Of a DNA stretch of 64,000 nt, positions 12,601 to 25,845 are shown one piece after another. Under the pieces are notes generated by a model. That model worked only from the letters and a program-made list of their open reading frames with translations. It ran no database searches and had not been told where the DNA came from. Made by a program: the position numbers and the translations under genes. This stretch comes from Octopus sinensis. Lineage: Eukaryota. Location of the stretch: NCBI RefSeq assembly GCF_006345805.1, contig NC_043009.1:69564001-69628000 (forward strand). The letters run 5' to 3'. How positions within the stretch are numbered: the stretch's first letter is position 1; each line of letters opens with the position of its first letter.

Positions 12601-13525
12601 ATATTTGCTAATATTTGGTAAAATAAAGATCTTCGCTGACATTTGCTATTTAATAAGGTATTTGCTGTATTAAGGCAATGTTAAGAAGGAGAAAATGGTA
12701 AAAAAAAAAAAATCTAGTTTCAACTCAGCTGCCGGACAAATGTGAAAACAATAAAAAAGAAAAATCGTACGAAATCCGCCAAAAGAAGAAAACAATTGTT
12801 TTAATGAGAAAATTTCCTTTTTAGGGTAGGTTACGTTTTACTTTCACTTTCTTGTTGTTTCTAAGAATGGATTTCATTGACACATTATGGCATGAAGCTA
12901 AATCATAAAAGGATAAAAAAAAAAAACGTTTCTTCTGTCAATTCCTATTTGCTTTTACTCTTAAGCGGCCATAGATTCCGGATTTTACCATATTTGTAGA
13001 ACATAACCAAGTAAATTGGTAAAATACACTTCAAGCGGAAGGTTATATGGTAAAGGCAAAATGTTGAATTAATTGAATAGAAAAGTCAAAAGAATTACAC
13101 TGACATTATGTAGGCAAGAATGGAAACAACCATAAAAGACTTCTTTCAATGGAGGATATTATTTAATAACAACAACTCGCTTCCTCTTTCCCTCCGATCG
13201 ATCCTGCTGGCTCGGTTCTTACAGCTTACAAATAACATGCTTAGACTTTTAATTATTTCTTCCTATCTATGAACACGCTTGTCAGATTTGAAGTGAGACA
13301 ACTAGTTAACGCACGCATGCGTGCACAACGCAAAATGTATGCTCAGACGTAATTGCGTTTATTTACTGCGCTTTCTTTCTTTCTTTCTTCCCGTCTCTCT
13401 CAACTATATGTGTGTGTGTGTGTGTGTGCGTGTAGATATAAATATAAACGTAACTAGGCTGGTTGATTGATTTCTCTAGTCATGGTCTAAATTGTATGGA
13501 ATGAGGAGGGGGGAGAGAGTGAGTA

Positions 13526-13558
<33 letters not shown>

Positions 13559-13624
13559 AAGACAGCACTAATAGAAGTGATTGTCAGGAGGCTACACACA
13601 CACACACATACACACACACACACA

Positions 13625-14000
13625 CACATCATCATCATCATTGTTCGACCGTAGTCGAGACAATGGAATTTACTATGTTACGCCAGACTTCACGGTCCAT
13701 CATAGCATTACGGAGGTCCTGTTGCTGGATGCCTGTATCCCTGGAAATTACATCAGGGTAGGAGAGTGTGCGCCCTCTGGTATCGCGAGTAGATGGCCTC
13801 CAGAGGAGAGGAGTAGAAATTACCTCGTTTTCAGCTCTACAACAATGTCCAGCAAACTGGACTCTTCTACCTTTCACAAGAGATGACACAGGTGGTAGTT
13901 TCCCATATATTTGTACTTTGGTTGGATGACGCTTCCACGAGAGATTTTGAGCTCTCATAAGGAGGCGAGTGTAAGTTCCATCCAACCGCCTCTCAATATG
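13625..14000 (-). mobile_element. 5'-truncated RTE LINE 3' end with an uninterrupted ORF2 C-terminus
   Basis: ERRLDGTYTRLLMRAQNLSW..RRVQFAGHCCRAENE..DREVWRNIV*, followed by a (TGA)n tail. Confidence 0.85.
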
Positions 14001-14429
14001 CATGTAAGCGTGTATCTTAGCATTTATGATAAAGGTCCATGATTTTAAACACAGAATAAGGGTTTCCTGGTTGAGAATTCAGCGCGGATCTGTTACAATA
14101 TTTTCCTCTAGGAAGCTAATCGTTAAAATCAAAACGATATCGAAGTTATGCTTTCCCACTTAAGCAAAAATGACTCGCATGAAATTTAGCGAAAGCTTAA
14201 TTGCAAAAAAATAGCAGTATTGTGCGTGAGGATGGGGAATAGGAGCTGCGAGATGCTGCTGTTTTCAGGAGGTCAAATGCATGCTGCCATAAGATGAATG
14301 GAAACAGAACTAAGAAGACAATAAATGGATAAGACAATTAATGAAACAGAGATTCAATGAGAGACGTAGAGGAGGTTTATGAATGGGAAGAACTGAGGTC
14401 AGAAATATGTTAGGTACCAGCAGAGAAGA

Positions 14430-15500
14430 TCTGATGGGATATTTACGAGATTGGGAGGACATATTCAAGTGGGTGTAGTATCGGCTTCATGCAGTGTCGA
14501 CATGGGTGCAGTTTCATGTGAGTCTAAGAGTGGTGCAACGCTTGATTGCGTGTACACGAGAGTGCATATTCAAGTGCACCTGAATATGGTGCAGCCGTCA
14601 ACGTCGATTCGAAGTCGCTCATTCAGGGTGGTAGCCTCGGAAGATTTCCGGGAATGTGTATGCATGTGTGACAGGTGACTTAAAAGTAAGTGCGGAGACC
14701 AAGTGTGCTTGGTGCTGTGGTCGTCGGGTGTAATTTTCTATGGGTAAAGCAAATACGACAACCTAGAAAACGCATAGTGGATGCGCCGAGCCGAGTGAAT
14801 TCGAACTCGAAACACTGTGACCAGAGTGAGCTCATATTCAGAAAAGAATGGAAAATGTTTGAGAGTAAAGATGCAGAAATCATATTCTGTGTTCCTTATT
14901 GGCAATTCCAGGAAAATACAGCAGACAGTGTTAAGACATCTGGTCAAGTGAAATTGGAAAGCGACAATAGCAGCAGAAATGTAAAACAGTGCAATGCAAA
15001 CTGTTGCTAAATGCATCATCCGACAGACACAATGTTGGGAATTAGAGTTTAAGATTGATAGGATTCCCCCACCCCCCAGGCACAAACGCTGCGATGCATG
15101 TGTGCAATTAAGTGTATGCATGGCTGTATGCTGGAGCATCGTATTCGCCAAAGAAAAAAAAATCCCCGTATATTTGAAATAGAGCAGCAGAGTTAGTTTA
15201 TGGTAGAGTTGGGTAAATCACCAATGAAAGCAATGCAAAGTAGTTCGTTTCAGTTGGAGGAGTCGGGTGTGGCCTGATGTAGCTGGGGTGCATTGTTCAG
15301 CTCGGTCCGAGTCAGCAAATGTGATTGGTATGTCGGAGGTCGGAGTGTGGAGTGATATGCAACATGTAGGAAGCATCGGGGTTACTAATTGTAGCATGCT
15401 GGAAGTGCTCGGTTTACCAGTTGTAACTGATTCCATGCGTAACAGTTACCATGTAATATACATAGAGGTCACCAAGTGTAACAGCAGAATTGTAATTGGT
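14430..15500 (-). mobile_element. Possible very old L2/CR1-type endonuclease remnant
   Basis: Scattered motifs only (SNIRG, HMHR, TLGDLYV); their order is not cleanly collinear. Confidence 0.25.
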
Positions 15501-15908
15501 TTGGAGTGTGGGTCAGGCTGCGTGTAACGATTTGAGAAGACTACGTTTGAATTAAGGCTACGTGTTGCATAGTTGGTGTGTTCAGTATTCTTTTGAATAA
15601 TTAATACGAGAAATGGTTCATAATTGTCATAGATTTGTGTTCAACCGTTATAAAGTTTCACAACTGCGACGAGAATGCAAGTTAGACATATATAAATGGA
15701 GAAGCTCCCGTTGTAGATGCGGAGGTTTACTACTCGCAGTGTGGAAGGAATTGTATAAAGCTCGAGCAAGGTTTGCCATTGAGGACAAGTTAATTGTTTG
15801 TTAGTGGCGGGGAAAATAGGAAGTTAACTCTACGAAAGTTGCTGACTGAAAGAAGAGAGAGAGAGACAGGGAGAAATCGGTAAGGAAAGAGGTGTCTCGA
15901 ATTTATAC

Positions 15909-16050
15909 CTGGATCAAATGTTGAATGAAGTAACAATGAATCGGATGAATTATCCGAACTGAGCTCTTTATCTCCTGAGATTGTGGCGAATTTAACTGGT
16001 GACACTATTACAGTGTGAGTGTAGATTGCGAGAACAATGGAAACCAACAT
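15909..16050 (-). CDS. Candidate first coding exon of an unidentified gene (hydrophobic N-terminus)
   Basis: Open frame MLVSIVLAIYTHTVIVSPVKFATISGDKELSSDNSSDSLLLHSTFDP ending at CAG|GTATAA (phase 1). No downstream partner exon was found. Confidence 0.3.
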
Positions 16051-16686
16051 GCAGATCAAGGTTTCGATTGTTGGTTGCGAATTCAGTGTGTATCTACCAC
16101 ATACATATCTGGAGCTGTACCTACTCGCGCGTGCAGCCCGCTATATATATATATATATATATACACACACGTGTTAAGGAGAAAGTAAACAGTTTAGATT
16201 TTCAAAATAAAATAAAACGTTAAATTCATTTTGACATTTTACACGCAGGAACTAAGTTACGATGAATATACTCAGATCTGTTTATGGGAATCGAACCATG
16301 CAAATGCAGTAATCCAGACGAATATACCGCTATGCCCCCGGAACACTTCGTCCATTCTGATTACTGTGCATTAAGTGTTCGTAGCCAAGGTGGTTTGCAT
16401 TTATTTTTACCCATTTCGTCTCTCAAATGAGAATCCTGGATATTTGGTGGCTATTTCAAACTAGGCTGGAAGAAAAGCATTTCAATTCTCTTTTTTTTCA
16501 TTATTGATTAAGCATTTAACAGGAGGCGCACGGTGCAATGGTTAGCGTGGTCCAGATTATCACACATGCATTGTTCGACGACCGCAAAGGATACTATGCA
16601 AATGTTTTCGATCACGAGTTCGTATTTGTAAAATATCTAATGTTTATTTCATGCATACGTATATGCACACACACACACACACACAC

Positions 16687-16771
<85 letters not shown>

Positions 16772-16809
16772 GAAAGTCATATAGAGATACAAGGAGATAT
16801 AGAAGAGTG

Positions 16810-16868
<59 letters not shown>

Positions 16869-18081
16869 AATGATAACATGAAGCCCAAAGTAAGATATAT
16901 AGAAACAAGTGAAGTAAAGTGAGAACATCCAGTAAGATTTGTAAGTTTGCTGTGTCTAAATGACTAAATATCTCATAAGCGTTGTATGCATGATTTGATA
17001 TACGGATATGTGAACAATTTCCAAATGAGGCAAGCAGACGATAGATGGAAACAGAAGAAAGAGAACTGAAAAGATTGTGCGATAAATAATGCGCTGCTGT
17101 TAAGTTTTTAGAACTGGTAAGTATGAGTTAGTGAGGTGGAAGAGCGGATGAGAGAAGCAGAATTGAGAAAGGAGGAAATAAAAAGACAAGAGTTTAAACT
17201 GAACATAAGATGGAGTTTAGAACCGAAGAATGTAGCGAAAAAACCAAAAATTGCGGAGACTGTGTATAATGGAAGGAGAGACGTATGTGGTATGGGAGTA
17301 GGACAATCAGTTATAGAGAAAAGAAATATATATATATACGTATATACATACACACACACACCTATAAATAGATATCTAGCCACATGTGTGTACATAATGT
17401 AATCGAAGCATGGGTGAATAATCAAAAAAGTTCGTTTAGAATTTATGAGGTTCAGTTTCGATTCGGTCATGTGACATCTTGAGTAATTGCCATTTTCTCT
17501 AGCTTCAATTTGAACCGTGCATTAGGAGAGAAACTGGGGGAGACGGAAACTGTAGAGAAGCCAGAAAGGTGGATTGTATTTCATACAAGTAAAATCTCGT
17601 TACAGACGGTGTTTTGCTTATTCTTGTTGAAACTTACTTTAAGGGCGAATGTGTTTTCTGGAGCACCTCACCAATTAATCGTTAGTTCTGAAACTAGTCT
17701 TTCAGTTTGTTGATAAACTGGACAAAGATGGTGGTGCGACGGAGATCAACCATGCATACATACATACATACATACATACATACATACACACATACATACA
17801 TACATACATACATACATACATACACACACACACATACACACACACATACAAACATACATACATACACACATGCATACATACATACACACATACATACAAA
17901 CATACATACATACATTGCATATATGTGTGTGTGTGTGGAAAAATATGTAAAGTATTACACGTTGGATCAAATCTGAAAGCATGTGGAAGTTAAAAAACCT
18001 GCATAACCACACAGCCACATATCCATTATGGTTGCTGGTTTATTTTGTAAACACACGTTTGTAGGTATTTATGGATTAGAA

Positions 18082-18482
18082 GGCGGTGAGCTGGCCGAAT
18101 CGTTAGTACGCCGGGCGAAATGCTTAGCGGTATTTCGTCTGCTGTTACGTTCTGAGGTTCAAATTCCGCCGAGGTCGACTTTGCCTTTCATCCTTTTGGG
18201 GTCGATAAATTAATTACCAGTTACGCACTGGGGTTGATATAATCGACTTAATCCGTGTGTCTGTCCTTGTTCGTCCCCTCTGTGTTTAGCCCCTTGTGGG
18301 TAGTAAAGAAATAGGTATTTCGTCTGTTTTTATGTCCTGAGTTCAAATTCTGCCGAGGTCCACTTTGCCTTTCATCCTTTCGGGCGTTGATAAATTAAGT
18401 ACCAGTTACGTACTTGGGTCGATCTAATCGACTGGCCCCTATTCCCCAAACTTTTAGGGCCTGGTGCCTAGAGTAGGAAAGA
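18082..18482 (+). mobile_element. Abundant tRNA-derived SINE (family A), one full copy plus an adjacent partial copy
   Basis: GGCGGTGAGCTGG..GTTCAAATTCC head and CCTTTCATCCTTT..GGGTCGATAAATT..TACCAG core, repeated about 10 times in the window. Confidence 0.8.
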
Positions 18483-18843
18483 ATATTGCCCCCAAAACAT
18501 GACAAATATTTATTAAACGAAATAGCAGCTAAGCATGCAACAGTTATGAAAATCAGCCAATCCGATTTAACGAAGTCCTTAAAAAATAAAGCGAATTAGA
18601 TTCATCTGATCCTTCTTTTCCTGTCCACTGTGTTTATTTAAACTCCCTTTACGCACCCAGAGCCCGTTGAAATACATAGGAAAAAAAAGAAGAAAGAACC
18701 GCTAAGGCGCCTATAATATATGTGTATGGGTGTGTATGCTGGTATACACACACACATCTATATATGAACATGTGTTTGTAAGTATTTATGTATATATATG
18801 TATGCATCTCTCTCTTCACGCACACACACAGACATACATATAC

Positions 18844-18975
<132 letters not shown>

Positions 18976-18978
18976 GTA

Positions 18979-19014
<36 letters not shown>

Positions 19015-19025
19015 TATATGTATGT

Positions 19026-19065
<40 letters not shown>

Positions 19066-19597
19066 ACAAGCATGTATCTTATATATGAATGCGTATATGT
19101 GCGCGAGTGAACGCATGTGTTAGACACCTGCAAAGAGATCCGTAATTACAGTTGTAGGTGAGAGCTCGCTGAAGCATCTCCAGGGAAGATGCGGAGGAGA
19201 GGAAAACAAATGGAAAACAAATGATGGAGAGAGAGAGAGAGAGAGAGCAATTTCCTCTGCAGCTACACACGAACACGAATTTACGTCTGTATGTGCGTGT
19301 GTATGGATATATATATATATTTATATATGCATGCATGTATGTGATTATACACCCCACACACAGGCATAAATGCAAGACATACGTTCATATTTATTCTCTC
19401 TCTCTCTCTCTCTTTCCGTCTCACACACAAAAGCAGACTGGGCCACGTGTTTCGGTATAGTTCTGCTCACTCTCTCCTCCTCCTCCTCCTTCGTACAAAT
19501 ATAAACATGATGATAGCCTTCGGCTCTTCATCGAACATTATCATTGATGAGGATTGGTTTCCCTTTCGTAATGGCTGCGCGTGCGCGCGCGAGAGAG

Positions 19598-19628
<31 letters not shown>

Positions 19629-19809
19629 CAGAGAGAGATTAACGGCCCCTGCATATTGCCCTAAGCTTCTTCTCCCTCACCAAATCGCCAACTCCTCATT
19701 CCACAACAACTGACTTCCACAAAACAAAAACAAATTCATTAAAGTTTCTACAATATTCTTCCATCTTCTAGTTTTTCTTTTCTTTTCCTGTTTGTCTGTC
19801 ACAATATTT

Positions 19810-20010
19810 ATAATAACAACAACAACATCAATAATAATGATAATAATAATAATAACAATAATAATAATAATAGCAACAACAATAATAATAATAGTAATAA
19901 TAATAATAATAATAACAATAATAACAGTAAAAAAAAATAATAATGATAATAACAATAATGATAATAACAATGACAATAATAACAATAATAATAACAACAA
20001 CAATAATAAT
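19810..20010. repeat. Compound (AAT/AAC/GAT)n microsatellite
   Basis: Direct reading; explains the poly-Asn, poly-Ile and poly-Leu ORFs in the track. Confidence 0.95.
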
Positions 20011-21339
20011 AAAACTCGACGACATATCAAAGTAAAACATTACCTACTAGAATAAAAGTGCGAAACATTGTTTCACACGTTATGCATACACACACACATA
20101 CACATGCATGCACACACACACACACACACACACATGCACACACACACACATACATACAAGTGTATGTACATAGGTGTTCCAGTGTATGCATGTGTGTACA
20201 ATAATGTAGGCACAATAAATAACGTATGTGATATATATAAGACATTGTATATAGTTACGTATATGAATAATTATATCCTTATGTTATCGAATAAAGTTGC
20301 ACACACACACACACGCACATCAACAAAGTTTAGTTATGATTGTCTGCCAAACGTGGTGGTCATCAGAAATTGAATTAAAATTTATTGCAACAAGTAATTT
20401 CTTATGGCTTAGGAATATTTCGATGCGAATTACTTCCCTTGCGCTGGCTAAACCAGAGAAGGAGAAACTTTTACTGAAGATTTAAGTTTGTTGAAAGAAC
20501 TCTAACGAGGAGGAAACGGTACGAATACGATAAGTAATTCGTGTTTAGTAAGAAATAGTTTTGGCAATCAGAAAGGTTACTTAATGATCAGGGAGTTACA
20601 TTTGATATTAGATATCATATGAGAATATTGTTAAAAGTTGGAATTCTTAGGGGGAAATATCTCGCACTATAAGAATAAGAATTTAAAATTTTGAGTGAAT
20701 AAAATTGAGTCTTAGTCCGAGATTAACGGATATAATAAAGTAAAGATAATCTCGAGTTGGGAACTAAACAGTAAAGGTTTATGGTTGACACTTATTGCTG
20801 GTGTGGGGATGAATTAGGGAGATGTAAGTAGGTAGGGGCTTGTTTTAAATATCACGGATTTATTCACTAAACTGCTGGTAGACTTTTTAATTGTTGGTTT
20901 TCGAAGTGACAGCATTTATCGATGTCCTCTGATGTGACAAATCAGTCAACAGGTTGTTGAGGTTTATGCTCATACGCAAGATGAAGTAATCAAAAGCTTG
21001 CCAACCGTCACAACTCCAACTTTTTCAGATTACATTAGATAATTTCACATTCTATTTTCTAAAATGATAATAGACTGGAATTTGTAAGAGATTTGACTGC
21101 TATTTCATGTCCAAACCAGACACAGATCTCTTAGCTGCTTCATGTGTGTTGGTTTGAGGTGGGGCGGCGACTGTATAAGGGTTTCCTATGCTGTAGTCTG
21201 GTGTGGTTTGTTGCATTGAACAGCTATTTGCTATGTGCACTATGGTGCAGTATGATGAAGTTTGCAGTACCGTGCACCGAATTAGGCAACAACATCCACC
21301 TGGCCATAAATGATACCAGAAGATATATATTTCTTTACT

Positions 21340-21550
21340 GCCCACAGGGGGCTACACACAGAGAGGACAAACAAGGACAGACAAAGGGATTCAGTCGATT
21401 ACATCGACCCTAGTGCGTAACTGGTACTTAATTTATCGATCCCAAAAGGATGAAAGGCAAAGTCGACCTCGGCGGAATTTGAACTCAGAACGTAACGACA
21501 GACGAAATACCGCTAAGCATTTCGCCCGGCGTGCCAACGGTTCTGCCAGA
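21340..21550 (-). mobile_element. SINE family A
   Basis: Reverse complement of the 18082 copy. Confidence 0.8.
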
Positions 21551-21680
21551 AGATACAAAAAGAAAGGACAAAAGAAAATGTGACGATTTTAGTTCTCAAT
21601 TATTTCTAGATTCTGATCAATGATATTGTGCATTGGAAGGTCGATATCGAAAAAAAGAGGTTTGAGCAGTGAGCACTTGC

Positions 21681-21830
21681 CTTTTCTCTCGGAATAATAA
21701 GCTGCAAGAAATCGACCAGTTAAGTTTGTGTGTCCCTTTAGTAAAACCATCATTTGCTGTCCTGTCGATATGTAAGTTTTCGGTTCGTTCCCGCATACGA
21801 CTCCTAAAAGACCGTCTCTTCGGCTGTTAC
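21681..21830 (-). CDS. CUB-domain protein, exon E (third exon of the second CUB; 150 nt, phase 1-1, GC donor)
   Basis: Acceptor ACTTTCAG|, donor AAG|GCAAGT; encodes (G)NSRRDGLLGVVCGNEPKTYISTGQQMMVLLKGHTNLTGRFLAAYYSERK; in frame with exon D and paralogous to exon B. Confidence 0.88.
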
Positions 21831-21862
21831 CTGAAAGTGTAGAGGCAGATGAAGTTATAAAC

Positions 21863-21940
<78 letters not shown>

Positions 21941-22249
21941 TAGATAGATCGATAGACAGGTATAGATAGACAGACAGATAGATCGATAGACAGGTAGAGA
22001 TAGATAGATAGATAGATATGCAAGCAGATATGAAGGTAGATAAATAAGTGAGTAAATGTGTATGTTGTTAGATAAAGAGGTCGAAATATAGTAATAAATC
22101 AAAATGTAGAAGAAGCAGACACAATTGAATATACTTCCATAATCAGACGTAAATAGGTGATGGATATATATTGTCGTTAAGACAGAGACAACGAGATGCA
22201 TAAATATCTCGTTCATATCAATCAGCGCGCGCGCACACAGAGGAATGAG

Positions 22250-22690
22250 TGGAAGTCACGTGGTTGATCGACTTGCTAAAAACAGGTTACAAAAGGTGTG
22301 GTCACGGTGTCCAGGCGGGCTTCTCAAAGAAAGCCATTGCTTCTTGTGTTGGATCAGTTCTGGGTTCATTAAACGAAAATTGCCAAGAGTAGAATAAATG
22401 GATAGAAAACTAAACATGGAGGATTAACAGGTCATCTACAACCTCTGGAGATATCAATAAGCAAACCCTTCAAGGCCTATATGCGTGAGGAACAGCAACA
22501 GGTCGGATGAAGAAGTCTATAAGAGCTCGAGTTTGTGAATGAAAAATTCTTGGGATGAAGCTTTCACTGCATCCCAAGAATTCTCAATCTTTTAAAAGTT
22601 GTGGCATTAACAATTCGCTTGATGGCACAGAAGATGACCTTTTATATGAAAAATCAGGTGTCTCTGATTGATGGCACTAGTGACACCCGA
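22250..22690 (+). mobile_element. Degenerate pogo/Tigger-like transposase fragment
   Basis: VLDQFWVH, GGLTGHLQPLEISISKPFKAYMRE and FKSCGINNSLDGTEDDLLY match pogo DDE and C-terminal motifs. Confidence 0.65.
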
Positions 22691-23146
22691 GGGTGAAGGC
22701 ATGGATGAAGAAGATAACAGCAGTAGTGAATTTGGGGAGCGTTATGATGACCGCCCTCGCAAATACTAAACAGACACAGACTTTGTGTCATTGGCCAGCT
22801 GGAGGAGATATCTTCCTGGGGCTAAAAACAACAGTAACCTAGGACCGCCACATTTAGTTGGCAAATAGATTAGAATATGATACCAATTTTTCTGAAACAA
22901 CCACTTTTTGTTTGTACGTACGCATGTATGTATGTATGTATGTATGTATGTGTGAGTGTATGTATGTATGTATGTATGTATGTATGTATGTGTGAGTGTA
23001 TATATATATGTATATATGTATGTATGTGTGTGTGTATGTATGTATGAGTGTATGTATGTATGTGTGTATGTATGTATGTGTGTATATATGTATGTATATA
23101 TGTGCGTGTGCGTATGTGAGAGAAAAAGACAAAGAGGGAGAGATAG

Positions 23147-23199
<53 letters not shown>

Positions 23200-23618
23200 T
23201 ATATACATATAGGGGAGTGTACGAGTGCGTTAACATTTTTAATGAGTGTACTGATCACGTTTAAAGAATTGGCTTCAAATAATCGAAAATATTCCCAGTT
23301 AAGAATATCTGAAGGAAACAGATTATAACACACACACACACACACAGGTACAGATACATAAATATCAAAGGAGTATGTTATAATTAAAAACTAATTGGTG
23401 TGCAACAACCAAAGCATGAAACCAAATTACCTTTCGGAAAGTATAATGAAAAAAACTATGGCAGTCGGTCGTTTAGTTTCGTCATTTGGAGATTTTCTCT
23501 AAAAGCCTCGCCACTCACAAATTCTTCGCATTTGTCAGGGAAACTGACTAAAAGTTTATTTTCTCAATTCATACACAGATTTCAATTTCGCTGATTATTC
23601 CCGTTCTCTAATAGTTGT

Positions 23619-23663
<45 letters not shown>

Positions 23664-23914
23664 AGGACATTGCTTAAATTTCTAACATTCTTCTAAAGCC
23701 TTTTTTTACCCCCCCCTAAACTTTCTCTAAAACTATATTTATCGTTTGTTTAAGTGACAATAGATCCTTAATGGCTGGGATAAAGTTTCTTTTGCATTGC
23801 AAATAACACATAACACATATACACACACAGTCTAATATATACACACATTATTTTATTTGTATGTGTTAAATATATATGTGGGCATACGTACACACACACA
23901 CACATATGTATGTG

Positions 23915-23953
<39 letters not shown>

Positions 23954-24467
23954 TTATCTATATCAGTCAATCAAAAATGAATGGGGTTAAAAAAATATAA
24001 AAATTAAATAACAAAAAGCATAAGAGCAGCAGCAGCAGCAGATAAAACAGCATTTCCAAATATAAGATGAAAGAACTCTAATGGAGTAAAAGTAGAAAAA
24101 TGGTTGAAGAATTATATTAAAGAAGAAATCCTTTAAAAAAAAATAAAGAAATAGCAAATGGGAGATTGTAACATGAAAGATGGATCTCTGACAAAAATGA
24201 CTTTCGTTTCTTGTTGTTGAGATTTCGCTTTATTTTTTGCAACCGCTAAAATTGAAATAACGTTATGTACTCTCGCTTGTGTATATGAGTGCGTCACTGG
24301 CTTGTGTATGAGTGCGCCTGTTTGTATGTATGTGAAGCCACTATTTGCACTAGTATGTATGGCGGCCAAACATGTACAAATATGTATGTATACATATATA
24401 TCATATATCTACGTATATAAGTACATACATTTTCATATATTTGTGCATATAGGTATACGTGCACCTT

Positions 24468-24512
<45 letters not shown>

Positions 24513-24744
24513 GCATATACATATGTGTACAGAGGAAAAAGTATATATACACATATAGACACGCATCTATACCTATGTATAGGCAGAAAAGTATACGGGA
24601 TGCAGCAAAACGATTTTCCAGATGACTCAAAGATCGAAGAATAACCAATAAAATATATAAAATACTTGAATAAAAACTGCAGAGGCAAACTGAGGCAAAC
24701 ACACACACATAAAAATGCACTTATATAGAGATATATACATACAT

Positions 24745-24948
24745 ATTGCTCGACATTTTAAAACTGATGTAATACTTACAGTGTTTAATAAAAGGAAGTA
24801 GCATGAAACAATTGTACTACTCTACCTTGGACATCCTTGTTGCTTATTTTGATTATAATCACCCCGTTTGATTTATATGGATAACACGATACGAAATGCT
24901 GGTGCCTTTAACTTAAGTACCATATTCATCTGAATCTAAATTTTGCCG

Positions 24949-24950
<2 letters not shown>
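24745..24950 (+). mobile_element. Single-arm copy of the Penelope-like element seen as a palindrome at 31.6-31.9 kb
   Basis: Near-identical to the reverse complement of 31575-31780; flanked by (TA)n-rich tracts. Confidence 0.6.
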
Positions 24951-25006
<56 letters not shown>

Positions 25007-25533
25007 CTCACAATTGTACATGAATGCTTACTAACATACACTCTCACTCACTCACGCATACAAACAAACACAAACTCTCTCACACACACACACATACATG
25101 TTTACGCACATACACATACATGTGAATTAAAAAAAATCTACTGGAATCAGCTTTAACGATATGAATTTCTTAATCTTGGGGGATATTTTAAGTCGAGAAA
25201 TAAAGTAACATTTAAGAAAGTATCTTGAATCGTTGGAATAGGTGTAATGAAATGGCGGCAATGGAACAGGAAAAGATGTCTTGTGAAAAGGACACCTGAA
25301 GAGTTGTAAGGTCATTATCATTCCTGGGGGTGAAATATTTATATCTTAAAAAAATTTTACTGAAAAATTAGTTATGAGAAAACTCGGTTCTATGAAATTA
25401 TAGATATTAAAATTCAGTTTGTATCTGAATACTATCCTAGGGTTTTATGTATATTTAATACACACACATATACATACATGCATACATACATACATACATA
25501 CATGCATGCAAGCACACACACACATATATATGT

Positions 25534-25845
25534 GGAGTCGCAATGGCCTAGTGGTTAGGGCAACGGACTTACGATCGTAGGATCGCGGTTTCGATTCACG
25601 GACCGGGCGTTGTGAGTGTTTATTGAGCGAAAACACCTAAAAGCCCTACGAGGCTCCGGCAGGGGGTGGTGGCGATCCCTGCTGTACTCTTTCGTCACAA
25701 CTTTCTCTCACTCTTTCTTCTGTTGGCCTGCTCGCTTAGCCTGCGAGGTGGCGTTATTTGAAGGCTAAAACAATGCGAAGCGCATTGTGACCAGCGATGT
25801 GTAGCAACATCTGCTAGCCTGGTCGGTCACGGTGATCACGGTGAT
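25534..25845 (+). mobile_element. Full-length SINE of the family triplicated at 2.06-2.97 kb
   Basis: A/B boxes and CACGGTGAT tail; retains two segments deleted in the triplet. Confidence 0.85.

Noticed and set aside
19677-20055. Transmembrane-like poly-Leu/Ile ORF and poly-Asn ORF
   Set aside because: Both are products of the (AAT/AAC)n microsatellite.
20320-20450. Phase-1-compatible segment SAREVIRIEIFL.. after exon E
   Set aside because: Only a 6-residue resemblance to exon D, no donor, and it ends in a stop.
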